Assembly (NCBI GenBank): GCA_009602725.1
Contig: WELB01000024.1
Coordinates: forward strand, 382,120-446,119
From: Spirogloea muscicola
Lineage: Eukaryota
Direction: 5' to 3'
DNA: 64,000 bases
Shown: positions 50,790 through 61,000 of the stretch, piece by piece
Numbering within the stretch: position 1 is the first letter of the stretch
Layout: every line of letters starts with the position of its first letter
Notes under the pieces: generated by a model
The model's database searches: none
The model's input: the letters and a program-made list of their open reading frames with translations, nothing else
What the model was told of the DNA's origin: nothing
Program-made: the position numbers and the translations under genes

Positions 50790-53700
50790 CCTGTTCCATT
50801 CCTTTGGGCTGGCCTCTCACAGCCACCAGTCAATCTGGCCGCGCTTTCTTCTTGCCTGTGAGCCTGTTTTCAGAGTTGGCAGCACTCTCGACCTCGTTGC
50901 GGGTCTGCGTCACACATTCTGGAGGAGTCAGCAGAGATTGCAGTGGAGGCTGTCAAGCACAAGTGCATTGCAGGCTACATACCCCTCTCCATATGCAGGA
51001 CTCTGTGCACTCTCTGCACATTGACATGCTGAAAGCCTGTCCAAGGACTGGGTGAAAACCTGTCCAGATTTGTTGCTTGAGAATGTGAGTGACTGCTAAG
51101 GCACGTCGGGAGAGGGTTGTCGCCAAGATGCCATGTATGTCGCGCGCAAGTCTGGTTACATCACGAGCTGGAAGTGTCGGGCACCTTATGCGAGTCATCG
51201 AGAAACGCCCGTCAGTCTCATGTATAGCGTGTGAACGTGGTCGCCACCCGGTGGATAGGGGGCCTTGTCTCCTCCTTAAGTGGTCCTCGCCCACGCCTTC
51301 CTTTAATGGAAGGGCTCCACCAACAACCGTGCCTGGCTGGGGCGACAGCTCAAGTGGAGCGCAGCATGAGAGAAGCAGCGCGGTGCACATGACATGAGAG
51401 GGAGGCCGAAGCAAGCCAGTACACCGTCTGTATGCAAGACGAGGAAGAATTTAAGAGGGGCTAAGTCAACAGAACGTAAGAGACAACCGAAGGGAGAGAC
51501 TCATGAGTGATCACATACATATCTGACAGACTACTCTGGGATGCCGGAGCACCACTACACAAGCCATTGGCCTGGCTTAGTGCGCGCCCAGCACGCTGAT
51601 GTCTGGCTAGTGCCTGGAAATGCTGCACAGTAAGCGAGAGCCGCATTCCATATTGAGCAACCAATGCTTGCGGGACCAGCCCGACTATGACTGCGGGCGC
51701 CTACCAGCTGAGCCAGGCGATGGAGAATGGAGGACCATTTTGCACCGTAGCCGCCCTAGATGTCAATAGTGCATGGATGATACTGCTTTACATGGGGGTA
51801 GTACTTGCTTTGCTGCTGCTTCTTTCTTCCGGCAAAGAAACGTGAGGCAGTACAAGGGCACCTCCCCCAGGGCGAACATTCGTGTATTTAAAAGTAACAA
51901 AGGCCAAATGGCAAGCACATCTAAAGAACTACATAACCTACAGCAGATTGACCCGCTCAGTAACCACGGGTCAAAACATAAAGGTCGCTAATCGATGCCT
52001 GAAACTAGATGTCAGATACGAAGCCCTTCTGTCACCAACTAGAGCTCGTCCAGCTTTCTGGTGTAAGGCGTTTTTAACCTGAGCACGCTGCAAACAGGCC
52101 GAAACTCGCCGTCGCAAGAAAGACAGATATGCAGCTGGCAAGCCCATCTCAGCCGGAAACACATCTGCACGACGTGTGAAGCCTAGATTGGCAATGTTTT
52201 GAAGGACTGTGTGGAAACGAGGACCAGACAGCCAAAGATGTCGATTGCCGCTGGCAGGAGCTGATCGCGCATTGGGGTTAATCGGAGTTGTGCTGCACCT
52301 TTCTTTGTTCTGCACCGCCATGGAAACCGCTCTCATGGGGCGGGTAACTAGCGTCCCGCAAGCCATCATTGCCTGCTATAGATTGCTGCTATCATTGAGT
52401 CTACAGCGCTCCCAGGCACTCGCGATACACCAGCGTACTGGGAGTGTATTAGGCCAGGCTAATGGCTTTGGTGGTGGTCTGGCTCCTCCGCTTAGCTTGT
52501 CAGATATGTATGTGCTCACTCGAGGATATTAGTGCCCCCCTTAGCCACCTCATTACCCCGTTACCAGGACATATGTAGGCTAGAATGGGCCTCCCTTTCA
52601 ATGTCATGCGCACCGCGCGCCTTCTCTCTCATCCGTGCGGCTTGGACATCTACCGCAACTACAGTGACAAGTGTTCCTCCGTCCTCCAGCGTCTTGCTCA
52701 GCAGGTCAATGCGCGACGTCATAGTCGCTGGTTATACCAGCGTACAGCAGGCGCTCATTGCGTGCTACAGGATGCTGCTCTCGCTGAGCCTGCCGCGCTC
52801 ACAGGTCCTGGCACTTCATCAAGGGGCTGGCGCCTCTATACTCTCTTTGGCTGCCTCAGCCGTATGCATGAGCAAAGTATTGGCTCGGCTTGGCCAACTT
52901 TTACAAATTATGGGCACCGCCCGCCTTCTCTCTTCATCACTGTCACATGTTTATGTGTGTTGAGAGTGGTGAGCGCAATGCCTCCCACAAGCTATTAGAA
53001 GATGCTATAACACTTGCCATACATTGCCAGTCTGAGTGACTCTGGCGATGGAGGTGGCGAGCATAATCTTTAGCATCGATGGCGAGCCACGCGTGCGGCG
53101 CCTGGACGTGGTCGCCGGCCCCTGGAGCGGCGGGCCTCGCCTCCTCGATGTCGTACTCATTGAAGCATTCAGACCCGGGCCACCTATCTCGCCAACTGAA
53201 ATTTCTGTCGACCGCTTCCGCATAGCAGGGCCATGTCACTTCTGATACCGCCTGTGCCGTAGAGGCGGCCGAGCAGGAGATGTACCAGAAGCACAGGGAC
53301 CACCCTGACCTCAATACAGTCCACCCGCTGGCCCTCGACATCCACGGGTGTTGCAGAGGTCCTCGTCACTGGTGCTGCTGGCTTCTCGAGCTGACCAGCG
53401 GTGATGCGAGCAGGGGGCAGCGATTCTTGGGCGCCGTGCGTGCTTTCCCCTGCACCTGTGTCCTAGTCTCTCCAGCCGATCCTACTCGCTTGCCTTGAAA
53501 CGCGTGCCATGTGTGCCCATACAGCCTCTGTCCTTAGCTAGGGCTCCGCCATTTGTAACTTATTCTGCACTTTATTCTGCTTGAACAATGTACTGGCTTG
53601 CATTGGCCTCCCTATATAATCAGCGCTCCTTGCGCCTTTTCTCTCTCCTTACTGGCGCCGCGCGGTGTTCTACCACGACTTACCTCACCAGCTGCTATTG

Positions 53701-56700
53701 CTGACTCGAGCTTACTGAGGGGGCCTGAGCCAAAGTCTGCGGCCATTGATTTCATTGCGATGACATACCCAAGTGCAAACTTGAAGCTTTGTAGCATGGC
53801 AAACCTCGCGGATGAGGAAGCTTGGCGTTGCTCGTGGGCAATGGCCAACCCTTTCTGTAGCAGGCGGCGAGTGGCGAGCGCGACGGGCGGGTGCTCAGAC
53901 GTACGGGAGACGGCTGGGGGGGGGTGCTAAGCTTGGCACGAGGGCGTGAAGGGGGGGGAAGCGTGTGGAGAGAGTAGCTCTTCCAGGATGAAGATCAAGA
54001 CGCTCCAGTAGAGGGCGATGGCTGTGAGACAAACGAAGGCCAAATGGCCAAGTACAAAGAAAGCGCGGCCAGATTGACTGGTGACTGGGAAAGGCCAGCC
54101 CAAAGGAATGGACAAGGTCTGAAGGAGCCGGAGTTCGAAGGACTAGGACTAAGACATCAGACAGGGATCGCTCAGTATCTTCAGTCAGGAGATGCAAGTC
54201 TGAGTAGCTAGGCGGCGGAAAGACGTCGCCTGACGGAAGCCGGAGGCAGGCCCCCGCCAAAGCTCGGCCTGCGCGCATGTGAACCGCGAAGGCAAGGGAC
54301 CGCTGCATCAAGATGGCCAAACGCATTCGGAAGACTTGAGCGAGGGACCCGGCGACGTTGAAGCCGGGCTGCTCGCCCTGTTGCGCGAGGCGGCGGGCCG
54401 CTGCACGCCGTGCAAGGCGGTGAAGCAAGTCAAGCCATTTCGTGTCAAAGGCTCCGTGCACGTCGACTGCCAGTGGAACAAACTCGTCTCTTACCCGGTG
54501 GTCCGAGTATTTCCGTTCCTTTGCGCCCGCCGCTTGGCAGACTGCGTAGCCCGCCTCCTCCGACGAGCGTTTGTGAGAGGCCAGCCCAGAAACTAGAAAA
54601 ATCTGGAGCGGGCCAGAGAAAGCGCACAGCGACTCAAGTGGCCACGAGGCTCTCAGCGCGGGCTGGCCGTGCTATGGCTGCTGCTTCCGGGTCTCGGCAA
54701 AGTGCCGCTTCTCCTGCTCCGAGTTACTCTGATCTGCTGTTGCTCACACGTGGATACTGAGCAGCCATCTGCATCTCCCTCTGCACCATCTTGCACTTTG
54801 TAGTGTAGTCCTTTTTCAGCACCTCTTTCTTTGGCTTTGAACATTGTCCATTCTTTTTGGGTTGGCTTTGCCAGCCCCTCTTCTCAATGGGCGAGCACCT
54901 TCTCTTCTCAGCACCCCTGTTGAGCTGTTGAACTCAAAACACACTCCACTTTATAGTGAGCAGCCGCAGGTCAGCGATACCGGGTCTCCGGGTAGCGGGT
55001 CCCCTGGCACATCAGTTGTTTCCTGGCTAGAGCCAGAGAGGCTACCGCCAATGCGCGACCGGCACGCAGATGCAACGCGCGTGCCATGGACGGCTGCAGC
55101 GAGACTGACAGAAAATGAGATGATGAAGAAGAAGCTGTACACGAACCAAAAAGCAATGTGGTATTGAAAGGGGGAGGGACGCTTCCAGTAGAGGGGCGGG
55201 CAGGAGCCAACCGCGCCGCGACAAGTGGACCGCGCGTGCGGGTCGGCCGGGCGGGCCTCCGGGACGTCGGCCGCCGGCGGCAGCCGCCGGCGCCCGCGGC
55301 TCGCGGGCCGGCAGGCTTGGCCGCTACGCCACGCCACGCTCGCGTCCACAGTGGCACCTGCAGCTGTGGCTGGGCTTTGGGCCCACCTTTCCGCCCCACT
55401 GGGCCCCCTCGTGGCGGGCCCACGTCAAGAAGGGCAGTGAGCTCGTCGTCAGGAAGAAGAAGTGGCACTCCCAATGGGGGCCAAGGGCTGCGAAAGTCCA
55501 GCCCAAAAGAACTGACAAAGGTTCGGAGGGGCCTACAAGCGATAAGCAGCTACAAAGGGGCCTGAAGATGCTGGAAGAGAGACTCTTCCAGCAGAGGGCG
55601 ATGGCTGTGAATGGCTCCAGCCAAGTGCAAAGACTGTCTTCTTAAGCCGTTCTTCTGAAAGCCAATTCCTTTCGCAGAAGCTGAGCTCACCACTGGTCGC
55701 GCTCGCCACTCGCCGCCTGCTACAGGAAGGTTTGGCCACCGCCCACGAGCAACGCCAAGCTTCTTCATCCGCGAGATTTGCCATGCTACAAAGCTTCAAG
55801 TTTGCACTTGGGAATGTCATCACAATGAAATCAATGGCCGCAGACTTTGGCTCAGGCCCTCTTAGTAAGCCCGTGTCAGCAATAGCAGCTGGTGAGGTAA
55901 GTAGTGGCAGAACACCGCGCGGCGCCAGAAAGGAGAGAGAAAAGGCGCAAGGAGCGCTGAACATATAGGGAGGCCAATGCAAGCCAATACATTTGTTCAA
56001 GCAGAATAAAGTGCAGAATAAGTTACATATGGCGGAGCCCTAGCTAAGGACAGAGGCTGTAAGAGCACACATGGCACGCGTTTCAAGGCAAGCGAGTAGG
56101 ATCGGCTGGAGAGACTAGGACACAGGTGCAGGGGGGGAAGCACGCACGGCGCCCAAGAATCGCTGCCCCCTGCTCGCATCACCGCTGGTCAGCTCGAGAT
56201 GCCAGCAGCACCAGTGGCGAGGACCTCTGCAACACCCCTGGATGTCTAGGGCCAGCGGGTGGACTGTATTGAGGTCAGGGTGGTCCCTGTGCTTCTGGTA
56301 CGTCTCCTGCTCGGCCGCCTCTACGGCACAGGCGGTATCAGAAGTGACATGGCCCTGCTATGCGGAAGCGGTCGACAGAAACGGGTCCGTGAGCAGCTGT
56401 TGGCCACCCTTGAAGGGCGCGAATCGGCACGGCTCTACCGAGGGACCCAAGGCAAAGTTGCGCGGGTATCACGCCGGCTGCTTGGGGCACGCCAGCGTTC
56501 CGCGGCCTTTGGTTGCATGCTACGGGATGTTGCTCACGCTGAGCCTGCAGCGCTCGCAAGCCCAGGGCCTTCCTCAGCGTGCTGGCCCGACCTGAGGCAC
56601 GCGCCGGTTTCCGAAGCCAGCCCGTCCCTCTTGAACGTGCTCACTCATGGTATCAAAGCTCCTTTCCAGCCGTACGTCCGCTCCACTTTCTTAGCCCCTC

Positions 56701-57890
56701 TCAGCCTTGGGGTTTGCCATGTCAAGCCCCATCCGCTATACTTCCTTTGGCCTCTGCACGAGCAGTGAATTGGCAAGGCGTGGCCTCCCATTTGTCGATG
56801 CGCACCACGCGCCTCTTCTCTCGGGAGCTAGAGAGAAGCTCTCCAGAGGCGGTTGAAGGCCAGCCCAAAAGGGAATTCTGGTGGATTTGAAATAAACAAA
56901 GGCCAAAGTAGTCAAGTACGAAGGCAAGCACATCGAATGACGTCGATTACTCACTGCAGATCGACTCGCTCAGTCACCACGGGTCAACCCATAAAGGTCA
57001 CTGATCGATGCCTGGATACCAGATGGCAGATTCGAAGCCCTTCTGCCATCAACTAGAGCTCGCCCAGCTTTCTGTTGCAAAGCATGTGCCTGAGCACGCT
57101 GCAGACAGGCCGACACTCGTTGTCGCAAGAACGACCGATATGCAGCTGGGAAGCGCATCTCAGCTGGAAGCACACATGCACATCGTGCATAGCCTAGATT
57201 GGCAATATTCTAGAGGGGAGTGTAACAAGGAGGACATAAACAGCCAAAGATATCGACTGCAGCTGGCAGGAGCTGATCGCGTTGGGGGTGTAGTGGAAGT
57301 AATGCTGCAGCTTCCTGTGTTCTGCACTGTCCACTGCGTGGCCAGCGATGTGCGTCGATGCTGGACCTTGATAAGCCTCTGTAGCAGGAGAAAGAAACAG
57401 CGCTTCCAACAGCGTAACAACAGCACCACTCAAAGGCCCGTGGTCCTCCACCAGGTTGCACGCCCCCAACGTCAAGGGTGCGGCGATGATGACGTCCTGG
57501 GCATCCGTGGTGACAGGCATGAAGATATTTTCCACTTCCACGACCGCACTCTGCATAGCTATACTCCGGGTCCTTCAGACCTTGTGCATCCCTTTGGGCT
57601 GGCCTCTCCCAGCCACCAGTCACTGTAAGCGCGCGTTCTCTTTGCACTTTCTGCATTTTCTGCCTGAACAATGTCTTGGCTTGAATTGGCCTAGCTTTAA
57701 TCTCATGCGCACCGCGCGCCTTCTCTCTCTCTCTTTTTAGTCCGTGAAGAGAAGTGGCTGTCCCAGAGGGGGCAAGGGCGTGTATGAAGCCAGCCCGGAA
57801 AGAGTCGTAAGTCGAAAGGGCCAAGCTACGTACCGCCAGCGGGGGAAAGGCGCGCGGGGCGCATGGGACGAGTTGGAGGCCAATGCAGTT
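50790..57890. mobile_element. ~7 kb nest of degenerate RLE non-LTR retrotransposon fragments, several subfamilies, both orientations
   Basis: RLE or C-terminal peptides at ~51090-51300(+), 51370-51770(-), 51830-52330(-), 52335-52631(+), 52631-52830(+), 52945-53400(+), 54058-54575(-), 54620-54910(+), 54930-55115(-), 56400-56822(+) and 56850-57560(-). Shared motifs R(L/V)S..LQR(S/A)QA..(L/I)HQRAG and SD(L/M)Y.LTRG(Y/D)*. No RT domain seen. Confidence 0.8.
53202..56381. repeat. Long inverted repeat, arms 53202-53884 and 55696-56381
   Basis: Arms are reverse complements over ~680 bp with scattered substitutions. The ORF track shows mirrored peptides (53612-53848 - versus 55732-55968 +). Spacer ~1.8 kb. 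Confidence 0.92.
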
Positions 57891-58060
57891 CAGTTCGATT
57901 GAACTCAGGAGAGAGGGGGGAAAAAATCCAAGCCAGAGGGGGGCGGCGCCCTGGCCGGACGCCCGGGCCGCACCACGCGGCGCTTGCTGCTGGCGCAGGG
58001 GCGGCCGGCGGCGCGGNCCCCCCAGGCGCACCTCCTCCGCCGCCGCCCCTCCCCGGCGCC

Positions 58061-61000
58061 ATGGCGGCGGCGCCCGGCCCGCTGGCGCTGGCGCTGCTGC
58101 TGGCCGCCGGTGAGCTCCCGCGCTCCCTGCGCATCGTCGGCCTCCCCTTGGACATGCTGGCCAGGAGAGCCCCCGCCAGCTCGGCGCTCCAAGGCACGCC
58201 TCCGTCTGACGACCCTCCCTCATCTCCATCTGCAGCGACCGTGGTGGCAGCCCTGCAGCAGCCTGCCATCTCCCTTGACGACGTGAGCAGCTCTACACCT
58301 CCCCCCCGCCCAAGCAGTCGCTCTCTTCCCTCTAGTGCACCCAAGCGTTCCGAGTCGTGGAGATGCCACCGTGGCGTTGCTCTCCGTCGTGCGTGACTGG
58401 TGAGGCGCAAGGGTGGTCATCGCAGTATCACGCGGAGTCTGCCCACTGAGCTCAGGAGACACTTGTAAAACTGCTACTTGGCTGATGTCGCGAGCGTGAC
58501 ACGCCTGCTGCCACTAGGACGCTATGCTGCTGGCACCGCAGCCGCGAAACCCACGCCTTTGGGTGAGAAGCACAGCAGCAGCTTCTGGCTGCACCTTGTA
58601 TTGTGCATTGAGTGTAGCACCAGGTGGTGCCTCTGGCACAGGTCTCATCTGGAAGTGGGGGCCCATCAAGGAAGTTGCTCCAGACAACCAGCCCAGATTG
58701 TAAGCTTTCTTGCCGCCAGGCTAACGGTTTTGACAGTGTTGTGATTCCAGCTGTGCTCGTAAGACGGATTGGCTGTCTAAGGAACCAGCGTTTCAGCAAG
58801 CTCGTGTCGCATGCAAACATCTACGATGCAGGTCCTGGATTCCAGTCGTCAAGAAGAGTCGCGTCAGGTTCTCCAATGGTCCAATGCAGTGCGGTGCACT
58901 GGCGAAGTTGATCTTGTCGTAGCAGACGAGTCAAGTCACTAGAGATCACCGCAGCATCTGCCACTTTGCAAAACTCTCAACATACACTGGATGACCATCT
59001 GTGCCAGATGCTCCTCTTCGAGATTTCAAGCAGTCGCAGCAAAATCCACCTTCTCAGCTAGCAACCTGGCAAGGAACGGACCCGTGTGCAAATTGCACCA
59101 CCACCCCGGGCAGCTGCGCCTGGTATGGCATCACCTGCGACATCCCCTCTCACAGGGTCTCCGCATTGTGAGTGTCACCACCCTAGCCTGGACCCTTCCC
59201 AAGATCAACAGGCTTTCTTACTCGCTACCTCAGCTTTTATGTTCAGCAGACTGGCACGTGACAAACACGCAGTGCGTGTGTTCAGACAACTCGTCAACCT
59301 TGGCATCAACACAGCGATACCATACAACATAGGGAACCTCGTATACCTCAACACATTGTAAGTCCACGCTTCTGGCCCCTTTTTCGGCGTTTGTTCCATC
59401 TTATGCTGGGCTGGCCAAGTACAGCCATCGCCCTCTACTGGAAGAGTCTGTCCCCTAAGGTGGCCATTCCAGTCTCCAGGGTGTCACGTGTGCATCATGC
59501 TAGATTGAGAATAAGATTCATGCTGTTCATGCAACAGTATCGAGGCAGGGGGACATTGCATTGCCAGGCTTTTGGCTTGTGAAAAGTGGTTGGTCCTTCT
59601 AAGAGTCACCATATCAAGTTTGCAGGCACCTCTACGGGAATCAGCTTGTTGGACAGATCCCATCACTTCCTCACAATCTCAATTTGCTGTATGCATATCT
59701 CCTGTCTTGACTTCTGGCAAGGGGTTCTCACAACAATGACTGCATCTGCGTAGTCATATGGTCTTAGAGGTTGTTTATGAAGAGACATATTACTCCTGAA
59801 CATAGAGAATATAGAGGGGAGTTTCCATGTGTTGAGTGAGGAAGTGATGATGACTGTCGTTAGTGATCGAAAAGTAGGTATCAAATCCTGCGCCAATTGG
59901 TGTTCTACGCAGTAGCATCCTCGTATTTGAATGCCGTTTCTTGGACCCTCATTCAGGAACTTGGACAACAACAGTCTGAACGGGCCAATTCCCACTTCCA
60001 TTGGCAACCTGAAGAATTTGACACTGTTGTAAGCAGATTTCGCATGAGCTTCTTCTGCTGTCAAGGCAGTGACATTCGTCCAGATTAGAGAGCTCGTATG
60101 ATCAATACAATCTGCATCAATGGCTTTTGCTCCTGTGAGAGTGCCCGTACGAACACAACAATCTTGCATCCATGACCTTCCCTCCATGGCTTTCGCTCCT
60201 CCTCCTCGCTTACTTGTTTGTTGTGAGGCCGACCATGGAGCATTGTGCCTCACAAATCTTCTGGTCAATGATGCTGAAGACTGCTTCCCTTACTTGGTTC
60301 ACTGACTGAACCAAACTGTTGCGACTCCTGGACCGTGCTCCAGGCATCTTGCTTACAATCTATTGACTGGGGAAATACCATCTTCAATCAATGCACTAAA
60401 GAAGCTTGTGATATTGTGAGTGGGTCTACTGAGATGCAACTCTACTGAGAATCTTAGAAAGCATCACATCTAGCCTGCCAACACGATACTCTGCCACTTT
60501 TGTGAAGCATATGGTGGATACTGCAGGGCTGCATACACTAGTGTGCTAGTGTTGCTCCTTACTTCCTGACATTGTCAGATTACACAGGTCACACAGGTCG
60601 GTAACAGCTTGCAACCCCTAGCTTGAATTGTCGCGATCCTCAGCGCGATCCTCAACTGGCGCCTGTTTTTGCAGTGTTGTCAATGATAACAAGCTGAGTG
60701 GACCTCTGCCCAGCACATTGGATCGACTCAAAGCGTTGCAGAAGCTGTACGGAGCAACTCCCTTTCTCTCAATTCTTGGTTGCAGACCTGTTTGCTGATT
60801 GCAGAGTGGCCTTTGACAGTAGTGGGCACTTGTTCCATCTTCCTCAGTGTTGTGGGTGGCAACGCTATTTCGGCGTTGTCAAGTTCCATTGGCAAGCTCC
60901 AGTTCCTAACAGTCCTGTAAGCATGCCATCAATGCTAAACCCCAAACCTCTAAACCCCGGATCCTTCAAATTCTGTAGTGACAACAACCACTGCATCAGA

